A DNA stretch of 64,000 nucleotides. It comes from a virus. The notes below the pieces were generated by a model that was not told where the DNA came from, ran no database searches, and saw nothing but the letters and a program-made list of their open reading frames with translations. Made by a program: the position numbers and the translations under genes. This document shows, piece by piece, positions 36,669 through 47,214 of the stretch (position 1 is the first letter of the stretch; the number at the start of each line of letters is the position of its first letter). The DNA is taken from the IMG/VR virus record IMGVR_UViG_3300043438_000246, positions 4,051 through 68,050 of that record; one strand, given 5' to 3'.

Positions 36669-37253
36669 ATGGAAAATGTATTAACAACAGGGTTTCCCCC
36701 AACATTTATTAATCACTATATTGTTGGTCAGTTGAACAGATTTGGAATACTGGGAAACACAGAGATGGTTCAGAGCCCAGAGCAAATGGTGCCCATTTTT
36801 CCAACTAGTCCAACAAACATAGAGGATGTATTTAAAAACTATATAGCCCCACCTGGCGTATCAGATCCATTATTGATTCAATATGAAAGATTAGTTAGAT
36901 TTAGACCAAGTGCATTTTATAGAAATAAAAGAGAACAGGTAGTTTACTATTTATATTGCACAAACTTTAGCAAAATAACAGATGCTCATAGAATTATTAC
37001 AGACTCTCTTGATAGAGAAGATTCAGCAGCACAGGACGTAAATGCCTGGTGCTCCGACCCAGATACAGCAATAAACCCGTTTAACGTCTACTTTCACAAT
37101 ATTCGGGTATACCAGGCTGACGAGACAAGGGATATCCTAGAACTGGCCTCAGCCAGAACGGTATATGCAAATAAACTAGTTATTGAGTACGACTACCACA
37201 CAATAGACGATATTGAAGTCAATGGCGTAGTCTACACAAACCCATACACTTAA
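36669..37253 (+). CDS. Putative tail terminator
   Basis: Position immediately before the tail tube gene. Confidence 0.55.
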   Translation: MENVLTTGFPPTFINHYIVGQLNRFGILGNTEMVQSPEQMVPIFPTSPTNIEDVFKNYIAPPGVSDPLLIQYERLVRFRPSAFYRNKREQVVYYLYCTNFSKITDAHRIITDSLDREDSAAQDVNAWCSDPDTAINPFNVYFHNIRVYQADETRDILELASARTVYANKLVIEYDYHTIDDIEVNGVVYTNPYT

Positions 37254-37330
37254 AAATGCTGTTATACTTATTTTGAGGAAACACCCCAACAACTTAATAT
37301 AGATTCTATTGAAAGTAGAGGTGAAAAAAT

Positions 37331-37966
37331 ATGGCATACACTCGTGGTACGTCTACTAACATTATTGTTGGTGCTGCAGCGCTTTTCGTCGCAGACACAA
37401 CACTAACTGCTGGAACCCTACCTGCTTATGTGGGATCCGAGTCATACAGAGAGACAATCGCTGATGATTCTGATTTTACTAACGTAGGTTATACAATGAA
37501 CGGCCTTGAATTGCAGTTCCAACCAGACTTCGGCGAAGTACAGGTTGACCAACTTCTTGACGTTGCTAAGTTATACAAGCAGGGAATGCAAGTGAACATG
37601 GCAACGGCTTTTGCTGAAGCAACACTTGAGAACCTTCTTCTTGCACTTGCTTACAACTCTGATCAGTTGTCAGGCACAAAGAGCACATCTAACGGACAGG
37701 CACTTGACCTATCCGCAGGCGATATTGGCGAATGTCCAGTAGAGCGTGGAATTATTGCTGTAGGTCCAGGTACAGGTGACTGTGCGGACTCAGCATACGT
37801 AGAGCGTGTTTACAGCGCATACCGTGCACTCTCAATTGAGAATGTAACAGTATCTGCAAAGCGTGATGAGGCTTCAATGTTTGAAGTATCATTCCGTCTC
37901 CTACCAGAGGACACATCTGGTTCATACGGTAAGATCGTAGATCGTACCTGGACACCAGCAACATAA
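37331..37966 (+). CDS. Major tail (tube) protein
   Basis: NIIVGAA.LF, VGYT..GL.L, V.VDQ, AEATLENL; followed by a terminator. Confidence 0.88.
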   Translation: MAYTRGTSTNIIVGAAALFVADTTLTAGTLPAYVGSESYRETIADDSDFTNVGYTMNGLELQFQPDFGEVQVDQLLDVAKLYKQGMQVNMATAFAEATLENLLLALAYNSDQLSGTKSTSNGQALDLSAGDIGECPVERGIIAVGPGTGDCADSAYVERVYSAYRALSIENVTVSAKRDEASMFEVSFRLLPEDTSGSYGKIVDRTWTPAT

Positions 37967-37988
37967 TCTAGTTTTAGATTAATAACAG

Positions 37989-38013
37989 GCCCATCCCTTC
38001 GGGGGTGGGCTTT
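37989..38013 (+). terminator. Intrinsic terminator with UUCG loop
   Basis: GCCCATCCC-TTCG-GGGGTGGGC-TTT. Confidence 0.9.
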
Positions 38014-38037
38014 GTTGTTTGTGATAGAATAGATAGA

Positions 38038-38742
38038 ATGGCTACAGAAATATATAATAAAGGTAATATTTATTTAATTGATGGAACAGAATTAGAAATT
38101 ATCCCATTAAAGATTAAATATTTAAGAGAGTTTATGGTAGAGTTTGAAGGCATCAAGGATGCTTCAGACGATGATGAGGCTATTGAAGTTTTGTCAAAAT
38201 GTGTCGGTATTTGTATGAAACAATACTATCCAGAAATAGCAAATACAGTAGAAGATAACCTTGACCTACCTACAATATATAAAGTTATAGATATTGCTGC
38301 TGGTATTAAGATAAATAAAAAATCAGAGGAACCAGTAAAAGAACAAGCAAAGACTAGTGGTTCTACCTGGGATGATCTTGATTTAGCAAAACTAGAGGCA
38401 GAAGTATTTATATTAGGAATTTGGAAAGACTATAAAGAACTAGAAGAGTCTTTATCTATGCCAGAATTAATGGTTACTCTTTCTAGTAAAAGAGAATTAG
38501 ATTATGAAGAAAAAAAGTTTTTGGCAGCAATTCAGGGGGTAGATCTAGATGGTGCTACTAATTCTGATAAAGGTCAAAAAGAATGGGAAGACATGAAGGC
38601 TAGGGTATTTAGTGGTGGTGCTACTTCTGACAGCAACGATGTATTATCACTTCAAGGACAAAATGCTAAAAAGGCTGGATTTGGCATCGGTATGGGTCTT
38701 GATTATGAAGATGCAAGAGATCCATCCCTTATGAAAAATTAG
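38038..38742 (+). CDS. Tail assembly chaperone, long (GT-like) form in a single frame
   Basis: N-half paralogous to 38787; C-half W....ELEE.LS.PEL; ATG 7 nt after TGATAGAAT. Confidence 0.8.
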   Translation: MATEIYNKGNIYLIDGTELEIIPLKIKYLREFMVEFEGIKDASDDDEAIEVLSKCVGICMKQYYPEIANTVEDNLDLPTIYKVIDIAAGIKINKKSEEPVKEQAKTSGSTWDDLDLAKLEAEVFILGIWKDYKELEESLSMPELMVTLSSKRELDYEEKKFLAAIQGVDLDGATNSDKGQKEWEDMKARVFSGGATSDSNDVLSLQGQNAKKAGFGIGMGLDYEDARDPSLMKN

Positions 38743-38786
38743 CCTATTCATGCTATAATTAAGGTTAACCTAAAATAGGAGGCAAA

Positions 38787-39095
38787 ATGGCAACAACAAA
38801 GTATGAGGCTCAAAAACTCACACTTATGGATGGTACAGAAATCTCTGTTCGTCCTTTAAAAATCTCTCTACTTCGTCCATTCATGGCAAAGTTTGAGGGC
38901 GTTGCGGCGGTGGCGGATAATAATGAGAAGTCAATGACACTTCTTGTTGAATGTGTTCAGATTGCTATGAAGCAGTATAAGCCAGAACTAGCCGATGACA
39001 TTGAGAAACTAGAAGAAGTTCTAGATTTACCAACTGTCTACAAGATCGTAGAAGCAGCATCAGGTACAACACTTGCTGCAGACTCTAACGATTAA
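38787..39095 (+). CDS. Tail assembly chaperone, short (G-like) form
   Basis: Paralog of the 38038 N-half; own TGCTATAAT and GGAGG SD; precedes the TMP. Confidence 0.8.
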   Translation: MATTKYEAQKLTLMDGTEISVRPLKISLLRPFMAKFEGVAAVADNNEKSMTLLVECVQIAMKQYKPELADDIEKLEEVLDLPTVYKIVEAASGTTLAADSND

Positions 39096-39126
39096 TAACA
39101 AAAACTAAAAAGCGAGGTGTAACTAG

Positions 39127-42100
39127 ATGGCTGATGTTAATGCTAATATTGGCGTTAATATTGATACGTCTGCAGCGTTAGCCCAACTAAAGGCTTTACA
39201 ACGTCAGATATCTCAGTTTCATACATCTATCGCTAAAAGCAGTGAAACTGCTGCATTGGCGCAGAGGGATCTGCAGAAAAACTTTCTTAATAGCGTAAAT
39301 GCTATTGGAGCGTTCTCTGCAGAACTCCGCACCGTAAAAACAACTGCTGAGTCTTTTACTGATTCACTTCAAAAAAACAAGTTCTCAATGCGAGAATATT
39401 TCCGCTTTGCAGGCGGTGCAACAAAAACATTTGGAAAATTATTTAAATCTGAGTTTGACACAATAGGCAAGGTAGCAGATGATCGTGTCAAGAGACTTCA
39501 GACTCAGTACATAAAATTAGGTCGTGATACAAGCGGTGTAATGAAGGCAATTGCCATTATGCCTAACCAACTTGATATGAGTAATTTTTCTACTCAATCA
39601 CAAATTGCAGCACAGAAACAAGCAATATTTAATCAATTAGTTAAACAAGGATCTACAAATCTTTTAAACTTTGGTAAGAATACCCAGTGGGCTGGCCGCC
39701 AGTTAATGGTTGGCTTTACGCTACCACTAGCCACTTTGGGAACGGTAGCAACACGTACTTTCATGGAGATGGAAGCACAAACAATAAAATTTAGAAAAGT
39801 CTATGGTGATTTATTTACACCAACAGAAGAAACAAACCAAGCACTTGATAATATTACAGCACTTGGCCAGATGTTTACAAAATATGGTGTGGCTGTTTCT
39901 CAAACAGTTGGCCTTGCAGCAGAGGCTGCAGCAGCAGGTTTTTCTGGAGTTGACCTACAGCGTCAAACAACAGAAGCAACAAGGCTTTCCGTTCTTGGAC
40001 AAATTGATTCCAATAAAGCACTTGAAACAACAATTTCATTGCAAAATGCATTTAAGATGTCTTCTGAAAACCTTGCATCATCTATTGATTTCTTAAACGC
40101 AGTAGAAAACCAAACAGTAGTATCTCTTGATGATATTACAACTGCAATTCCAAAGGTTGCTCCAGTTATCCAGCAACTAGGTGGAGATGTAAAAGACTTA
40201 GCATTCTTTATGGCTGCAATGAAAGAAGGTGGAATTAATGCATCAGAAGGTGCTAACGCACTTAAGTCTGGTCTTGCAGCATTAATTAATCCAACCACAA
40301 AAGCATCTGCAATGCTTGCAGGTTATGGAATAAATATAGACAAAATTATTGAAGGAAATCAGGGAGATCTAAAAACAACTGTTGTTGAGTTTGCTCAAGC
40401 ACTTGATACACTTGATCCACTTACCCGTGCAAGAGCAATTGAACAACTATTTGGTAAGTTCCAGTTTGCTCGTCTTTCAACTTTGTTTGATAACGTAACA
40501 AATCAAAGCGGTCAGGCAGCCCGTGTACTTGAACTAGCAGGAACATCTATTGAAGATCTTTCAGCCTTATCTGAAAAAGAATTGGGCATGACTGCAGATT
40601 CTGCAATGAATAAGTTTAGAAAGTCTGTTGAAGATTTAAAACTTTCACTTGTTCCAGTAGGACAAACATTCTTACAAGCAGTAACACCAATTGTTGAATT
40701 TATTGGCGGAATACTTGAAAGATTTAACAACCTATCTGATGGTGTAAAGAAAGCAATCGTAGTACTAACTGTAGCAATTGGAGCAATTGGACCTATTGCA
40801 CTTATGACATTTGGTTTGCTTGCAAATGGTTTGGCAAATATTGTTAAAGGCGCACTTGTATTACGTAATGGATATTTAAGATTAACTGGACAAACTCAAA
40901 TACTTGGTGAACAAACAGAGTATTTAACAATGGAGCAGATTGATGCAGCAGCAGCATCTCACTCACTAGATCAGTCACACGCAAGACTAACTCAAACATT
41001 CACTGCTGAGTCAAGTGCGGTTACTCAACTTATTGCCGCATATCAACAGGCTACAGTTGCAGCAGCAAAGTTTGCAGCAATCAACCCTGGATTGATGAGA
41101 CCACCTGGTGCTCCAACAAAGAGAGCAAAGGGAAAACCTATAGTAGTCGGCGGTAGCGGAAACCAAGACACAGAATTAGCATTACTCACACCTGGAGAAA
41201 CAGTAATTCCAGCAGAGATGTCAAAGAGATATGGTGCTTTAATCAATGGAATGATTGCTGGCAATATTCCTGGATATAGAAGAGGGCTTGGTTCTGGAGA
41301 CGCAGAATTTGCACAATCTATTGCTGGTGTTGCTCCACAAAGAAGCCAAGCAGGAGTTCAGGCTTTCTTAGAAAGAGAACTTAAGGCTGTTCCAGAACAA
41401 CTTGTTCAAGACTTTAAAGACTTAGTTACAACAATTTCTCAAGAAGTAAAACTTTCAGAAACAGCACTAAAAGAAAGACTAAAAGCATTTAGAGCACAAT
41501 ACAATGCAAATATTGGGCAACAAGAAGAATTACAGTTTGCACATCTAGATACTGGCAGAAGAGTAAAGGCTGGAGAACTACAGTCAAGTGGAGCAGTAGT
41601 TGACCCAAGAACTCAGGCAAGACTAAGAGAATTTGTAGATGCAGCAGGTGCAGACGCTCTAGTTGATCTTAAAACTGGATTTGGTGTAGAGTTAACTGGA
41701 TTCTTGAACAATGCAATGCAGGGTGCTGGTGCAAGCCTAGAAGATGCCATCAATGACTTTAAGATTGGTGGTGTTGATAAGTTCCGCAAATCAGTTGAAA
41801 TTGGCGGCGGCAACATGGAAGATTTAGGTCCAGAGTTAGCAGCCTTTGACGCAAGGTTCCAACAAAATTTAGAAGAAGCATATAGCCAAGGCGCAAGAAT
41901 AATTGTAGATAGCCAAGCACAAATTGAGCAAATGAGACAAGAGGCTCTTGTTAAGGGTGAAACATTTGATGACACAATTTATGTTGCAATGGATACTGTT
42001 GCAGAACAAACAAGACAAAATGTTCTTGAATTAGGATCAGGTCTTGAGGCTGTATTCCAAGAAGCAATGAATACAATTACAGAAATAAGATTTCAAGGAT

Positions 42101-45100
42101 TAACTCCAGAACAACAGGCAGGATTGCCAGCAGGATATGGTAGAGGTTCCAAGGGCGGAAGAGTAACTCCTGGTGGAACTGGAACATTTAGAAAACGTGG
42201 TGGAGTTGGATCATTTGCAAATGCTCCACTTGCACAAGAAAGCGTAGCAAATGTTGACGCAGCAATTATGGCAACTGCACAAGCAGCAGGCACACAATCT
42301 CCATCAAAAAAGACAATTCCAATTGGAGAAGACATTGCTCGTGGACTTCAAGTTGGTATGGCAAATCAGAAAGATGAAGTTGCAGCCTCTGGACAAGCAT
42401 TAGGCACTGCAGCAGTTTCTGGAACACAGAGCGGTAGAAGAGCAGCATTTAGAGCACAAGGACCAGCAGGAACAGATACTTTAACACAAAGTGGTGGACC
42501 AAGAGTTAGAAGAAGAGCCGATAGACCACAGGCACCTGCTGACCTTACTTTAGAGCAAGCACGTCAATCAGCAATATCTCCAGCAATGAAAGATGCAATA
42601 GATAAAGAAGTAACAGCAAGAAAAACATCCGCACAAAAAATTGACTCTATGAATAGGGGTCTTATGGCTGGAACCTTTGCACTAACATCCCTTGCTGGTG
42701 CTGGATCTATGGCAGGCGGAACAATAGGAAATCTTTCTCAACAAGTAATGAAATTTTCAGGATTACTATTTGCATTAATGTCTGTTACACAATTGCTAAC
42801 ACAGGCAAAAGTTGCACAGTTAGTAGCAACAAGGGCAACCACGGTTGCAACAGCAATGGGTGGTACTGGATTTAAATCTTTGTTTAGTCGTGGCGGAGGG
42901 CTTTTAGGATTTGGCAAAAATCTTTTAACTGCTGGTAAATTCTTATTACGTTTTGCTGGACCAATTGGACTTGTAACAACAGGACTTATTGGGCTTTACT
43001 CTATAACTAAAATGATAAATGCAGCAAGAGAAAAAGAAAGACAAAAACTAGAGGCATTTTCAGATGTAATAACAGTAAGTACTGATAAATTAAAATTTTT
43101 ATCAGAGCAATTTAATTTTGTTCCAGTTAAAGGCTCTTTAGAAACTTTTGGCAAAGACCTTGAAAGAACATCTGTAGTTGTTAGAAGTGCAAGAGAAGAA
43201 TTAAAGGCATCCGAAGGGTTCCAAGAAACATACGGACAGAACATAGAACAAGTTCGTGGAATGTCAGACCAACAGGCAGAAACTGCTCTATCATTTATGG
43301 GGCTTGACCTAATTTCTCAGGGTATGGCAAAAGAACAAGTTCAACTACTTATAGATACCATTAAAGAAGAAGCAGGAAAGAAAGACCTAAAGTTTGATTT
43401 TAAGAAACTTACTTTTGATGAAAAAGGCTTAAAGGGATTAAACTCTCAATTTGATGTATCTATAAAAGAGTTTGCAAATACAGCAAAAAATGGTTTTGAG
43501 AAAGTTTTTCAACAAGTAGCAGTTGGAGAAGGACGTGCTGCAAGATTACAAATTGTTGAAAGATTAGTTCCAAATGCAGAAGCAAAAGCAGCAATTAAAA
43601 ATGCTGGAGCATTGATTGGGTCTTATGCGGAAAGTTTAAATAGATTAGTAACAAGTGGATCAATAGAAGCAGAAGAATTTACTAAAGTAACAGACAATAT
43701 GTTTGCTAGTATTGCTGAATCAGCACCCGATGCATCACTACAAATTAGAATTTTTAATGCAACATTAAATGCAATAGATCCAGCACTTGCTAAAATAGTA
43801 AAGGGTGTTAAAGATTTAAAGGATAATCAACTACTACTTAAATCTGCAATTGCTGGCGTATCTGCTAATTTAATTGCTAACGCAGCACTAGCATTTAGAA
43901 CAGCAGAGGCACTGAATAAAGTTGCAGAGGCAAACCTTAAAGCATTTGGAGTAAAAGATGTTACCGCCGATCAAGCAGCAACAAGAGGTTTTGCTAATAG
44001 CAATAGCGTAAATGCTAGAAAATTATTAAATGATGCAATTAAAGAATCAATTGAACTTCAAAAAGAATTAAATAAAGTTCAAGGAAAAATTGGCGGAGAT
44101 GGTTCGGGCACAGGAAAATCTCCATTCCAGTTAGCAATTGAACAACTTGAAAAACAACAGTTAGAATTAAAAAATACAAAAAAGGCTTATGACATTCTTA
44201 CAGAGGCTGGATTTGATGCAGCCACAGCAACAAAGTATGCCAGCGATTCTGTTATTGCCCTTGGACTTGCAACAGGTAAAATCAGCACAACACAACTTGA
44301 GCAAGTTAAAACCCTTATGGAAGATATTGAAAAACGTGCAGGATCTGAAGCAATAAAGAATTTCTTAGATTCACTAAGAACAGAAACTAATTTAAAAGAA
44401 AATTTCTTGGGAATTGCTCCTAGTATTCTTGCAATGGGCGGAACGTTAAAAGATGTTGAAAACATACTTGGTAATCCAACACTAATGCAATCTTTTGTAG
44501 ATCCTCTTGCTACAGCAGAAATAAAAACAAAAAGAATAAAAGACTATTTAGATGCTATAAGAACTGGTGAAGCAATTGATATAAAGATTGATTTTTTAAT
44601 TAATCCAGATAAGGCAAAAGAAGAACTAAAGAAAAAAGCAGACGAACTATTTGGATTCCTTGAAAGAGCAGCACAACGTGAGTATAAGCCAAAGATTATT
44701 AATGCAGAAAAAGAAGTTAAAAATGCACAGGACGCAGTTGATAAGATTCAAGTAAGAATTGATGCTATTCAAGATAAAATTGATTTAGAACAACGCAACC
44801 TTGAAACTGGTATTACTAGAAAAATTGAACAATATCAAGAACAAGTAAGTGATCTTCAAAGAACAATTGAGATTCAGTTTGACAGACCAATTGAAGCAAT
44901 TCAAAATGAAATAAGTGCACTTGAGCGTGGTATAGAACTAGACTTTGAAAGACCATTGTCTGCTTTACAAGAAACATCCTCTGACCTATCTAATGATTTA
45001 ACATTAATAGATAAGCAGGCTGAATCTATAAATCAAAAATATGATGCACAAGCAAAAGCCCTTGAAGATGTTGCAAATATTAATCAACAAATACTTGGTC

Positions 45101-46575
45101 AGCAAAAACAACAAATCAGCCTTGCAGATGCATTAAGCCAGGGCGATATATCTGCTGCAGCGCAAATAGCACAAGAGTCAAGGGCCTCATCAGCAGAAGC
45201 ATCCTCTGCCAATGCACAGAATACTCTGCAGGCTGCTAGACAACTAGAACTGGATAGACTTAGAAACGTTGCTGGACTTACAAGAAAACAAATAGAAGAA
45301 GCACAGTTTAAAATTGGTCAGCAGACATTTGCGATTGAAGAACAACGTGAAGCGGTACAGGCAAGAATACAAATTAAACAAGATCAAATTTTTGCATTAG
45401 AGCAGGCAAGACAAACAAACCTTATACAGATAAAGGGTATTGAAGATTCAATCTATATTCTTGAAGAACAACGTGAGGCAGTTCTTTTAACTATTCGTGG
45501 ATATGAAGATGAAATCTATAACATAAAAGTTAAAGAACTTGAGCCAGCCCTGGCTCTTTTAGAAACAGCACAAAATAATCTTCAAGTAATAAAAGATGAA
45601 CTACAAGCAAGACTTGATAACATTGAGGCACAAAGAGATGCTTGGCAGGCTGCAGCAGATGCAGAGATGGCTGCAAAAATTCTTGCTGGAGAATACAATG
45701 ATGTATTATTAAAAACAATTGAATATCTTAATAATATTTTAGACCTATGGAAAAAAATTGCTGCAGCATCTAAGGTTGACGGCGGCGGTGGTCCCACAAG
45801 CAGTGGCGGTGTTACTACTACTAAAACTGTTCAAAAATCTGTTGCTTATTCAACTTGTCCTTCGGGAAAGGGATTGTATATAGAGACTTATGTAGATGGA
45901 AAATTAACTTCATCTAAATTTTCTGCCTGCGTTACTGACACAACTGATACTACAAAAACAGAAGATCCTATTACACAAGCAGTTAATGATGCAATAAAAT
46001 TAAATCCAGGAAATGGGCCAGATGCTTTATATGATCAAAAATTAGCAAAACAAGCAGCAGAAAATTTGTTATTAGTATCAAAAATAAATCCAAGCGCTTT
46101 GGCAGCACAAGAAAGTGGTGCAATTGGTGCAGCATCTATCGCGGCACAATTTACGGCAGCCAAAGCAGCGGCAAATCAGGCTTCAGCGCTATCTAACTTT
46201 AGAGCAAAAGAAGCCGCAGATGCTGCCGCTGATGCTAGGGCTGCTGCCGCTGCTGCCACTAAAGGTAGAGTTGGAAGAAAGTATGGCGGAATGATTCCTA
46301 AGTACCTTGCTTCTGGAGGATTTCCTAGAGGAACCGACACAATACCAGCAATGTTATCTCCAGGAGAATTTGTAATGAGTAAGTATGCTGTTAATTCATA
46401 TGGTGTTGACAAAATGAAAGCAATTAATTCTGGCTCTTACGAGGGCGAAAAGGTGTATAATTATAATCTAAGTGTTAATGTTAAATCTGATGCAGATCCT
46501 GACGATATTGCACGGGTAGTTATGACACAAATTAGACAAATTGACTCACAAAGAATTAGGACACAAAGGGCATAA
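39127..46575 (+). CDS. Tape measure protein (2482 aa)
   Basis: Ala-rich helical; TP901-like core (EGG.NAS.GANALKS.L), hydrophobic segments, coiled coil, DTIPAMLSPGEFV. Confidence 0.95.
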   Translation: MADVNANIGVNIDTSAALAQLKALQRQISQFHTSIAKSSETAALAQRDLQKNFLNSVNAIGAFSAELRTVKTTAESFTDSLQKNKFSMREYFRFAGGATKTFGKLFKSEFDTIGKVADDRVKRLQTQYIKLGRDTSGVMKAIAIMPNQLDMSNFSTQSQIAAQKQAIFNQLVKQGSTNLLNFGKNTQWAGRQLMVGFTLPLATLGTVATRTFMEMEAQTIKFRKVYGDLFTPTEETNQALDNITALGQMFTKYGVAVSQTVGLAAEAAAAGFSGVDLQRQTTEATRLSVLGQIDSNKALETTISLQNAFKMSSENLASSIDFLNAVENQTVVSLDDITTAIPKVAPVIQQLGGDVKDLAFFMAAMKEGGINASEGANALKSGLAALINPTTKASAMLAGYGINIDKIIEGNQGDLKTTVVEFAQALDTLDPLTRARAIEQLFGKFQFARLSTLFDNVTNQSGQAARVLELAGTSIEDLSALSEKELGMTADSAMNKFRKSVEDLKLSLVPVGQTFLQAVTPIVEFIGGILERFNNLSDGVKKAIVVLTVAIGAIGPIALMTFGLLANGLANIVKGALVLRNGYLRLTGQTQILGEQTEYLTMEQIDAAAASHSLDQSHARLTQTFTAESSAVTQLIAAYQQATVAAAKFAAINPGLMRPPGAPTKRAKGKPIVVGGSGNQDTELALLTPGETVIPAEMSKRYGALINGMIAGNIPGYRRGLGSGDAEFAQSIAGVAPQRSQAGVQAFLERELKAVPEQLVQDFKDLVTTISQEVKLSETALKERLKAFRAQYNANIGQQEELQFAHLDTGRRVKAGELQSSGAVVDPRTQARLREFVDAAGADALVDLKTGFGVELTGFLNNAMQGAGASLEDAINDFKIGGVDKFRKSVEIGGGNMEDLGPELAAFDARFQQNLEEAYSQGARIIVDSQAQIEQMRQEALVKGETFDDTIYVAMDTVAEQTRQNVLELGSGLEAVFQEAMNTITEIRFQGLTPEQQAGLPAGYGRGSKGGRVTPGGTGTFRKRGGVGSFANAPLAQESVANVDAAIMATAQAAGTQSPSKKTIPIGEDIARGLQVGMANQKDEVAASGQALGTAAVSGTQSGRRAAFRAQGPAGTDTLTQSGGPRVRRRADRPQAPADLTLEQARQSAISPAMKDAIDKEVTARKTSAQKIDSMNRGLMAGTFALTSLAGAGSMAGGTIGNLSQQVMKFSGLLFALMSVTQLLTQAKVAQLVATRATTVATAMGGTGFKSLFSRGGGLLGFGKNLLTAGKFLLRFAGPIGLVTTGLIGLYSITKMINAAREKERQKLEAFSDVITVSTDKLKFLSEQFNFVPVKGSLETFGKDLERTSVVVRSAREELKASEGFQETYGQNIEQVRGMSDQQAETALSFMGLDLISQGMAKEQVQLLIDTIKEEAGKKDLKFDFKKLTFDEKGLKGLNSQFDVSIKEFANTAKNGFEKVFQQVAVGEGRAARLQIVERLVPNAEAKAAIKNAGALIGSYAESLNRLVTSGSIEAEEFTKVTDNMFASIAESAPDASLQIRIFNATLNAIDPALAKIVKGVKDLKDNQLLLKSAIAGVSANLIANAALAFRTAEALNKVAEANLKAFGVKDVTADQAATRGFANSNSVNARKLLNDAIKESIELQKELNKVQGKIGGDGSGTGKSPFQLAIEQLEKQQLELKNTKKAYDILTEAGFDAATATKYASDSVIALGLATGKISTTQLEQVKTLMEDIEKRAGSEAIKNFLDSLRTETNLKENFLGIAPSILAMGGTLKDVENILGNPTLMQSFVDPLATAEIKTKRIKDYLDAIRTGEAIDIKIDFLINPDKAKEELKKKADELFGFLERAAQREYKPKIINAEKEVKNAQDAVDKIQVRIDAIQDKIDLEQRNLETGITRKIEQYQEQVSDLQRTIEIQFDRPIEAIQNEISALERGIELDFERPLSALQETSSDLSNDLTLIDKQAESINQKYDAQAKALEDVANINQQILGQQKQQISLADALSQGDISAAAQIAQESRASSAEASSANAQNTLQAARQLELDRLRNVAGLTRKQIEEAQFKIGQQTFAIEEQREAVQARIQIKQDQIFALEQARQTNLIQIKGIEDSIYILEEQREAVLLTIRGYEDEIYNIKVKELEPALALLETAQNNLQVIKDELQARLDNIEAQRDAWQAAADAEMAAKILAGEYNDVLLKTIEYLNNILDLWKKIAAASKVDGGGGPTSSGGVTTTKTVQKSVAYSTCPSGKGLYIETYVDGKLTSSKFSACVTDTTDTTKTEDPITQAVNDAIKLNPGNGPDALYDQKLAKQAAENLLLVSKINPSALAAQESGAIGAASIAAQFTAAKAAANQASALSNFRAKEAADAAADARAAAAAATKGRVGRKYGGMIPKYLASGGFPRGTDTIPAMLSPGEFVMSKYAVNSYGVDKMKAINSGSYEGEKVYNYNLSVNVKSDADPDDIARVVMTQIRQIDSQRIRTQRA

Positions 46576-47213
46576 TGGCAACTGCAGCGTATATAACAGG
46601 TAGAAAGCGCTACCAAAGACCACAGGCAGTATTATGGTCAAACAACCCTGGAACCCTCTCAGGAGGCCTGTACGTGCCCAATGGCTTTGAAGTAGGAGCA
46701 AGTGTACCTGCAGAGACAGACCCAGATTTAATTGACCAATTTTTAATTTTATCAGATCACAATCGTGGAGAAATCACTATTAATTCTGAGAGACTTGAAC
46801 AACGTCAAAGAACAATTAATGGTCGTATGCGCTCTTATCACATTGCAGATAAATTAAAATTTAATTGGTCTTGGTCTATGTTGCCATCTCGTGCATTTTA
46901 TCAAAATGCTGCATTTAATACAACAACTGGCAAATCTCCATATCAAAATATTACACAAGAATTTACATCAGATGGTGGAGCAGGCGGAGTAGAAATTTTA
47001 GACTGGTATCAAAACCATAAAGGACCATTCTGGATGTATCTAGCATATGATAAATATTCTAATTTTGGTGATGATAATGCAGCCTTTGGACATCTTGCAC
47101 AATACAATCAAATAGTTCAAGTATATTTTGCTGATTTTAATTATTCAATAGTAAAACGTGGTGGAAATAACTTTGACCTCTGGAATATTTCGGTAACACT
47201 GGAAGAGGTCTAA
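46575..47213 (+). CDS. Distal-tail-like protein
   Basis: Follows the TMP; RTINGRMRS, WNISVTLEEV. Confidence 0.65.
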   Translation: MATAAYITGRKRYQRPQAVLWSNNPGTLSGGLYVPNGFEVGASVPAETDPDLIDQFLILSDHNRGEITINSERLEQRQRTINGRMRSYHIADKLKFNWSWSMLPSRAFYQNAAFNTTTGKSPYQNITQEFTSDGGAGGVEILDWYQNHKGPFWMYLAYDKYSNFGDDNAAFGHLAQYNQIVQVYFADFNYSIVKRGGNNFDLWNISVTLEEV

Positions 47214-47214
47214 A

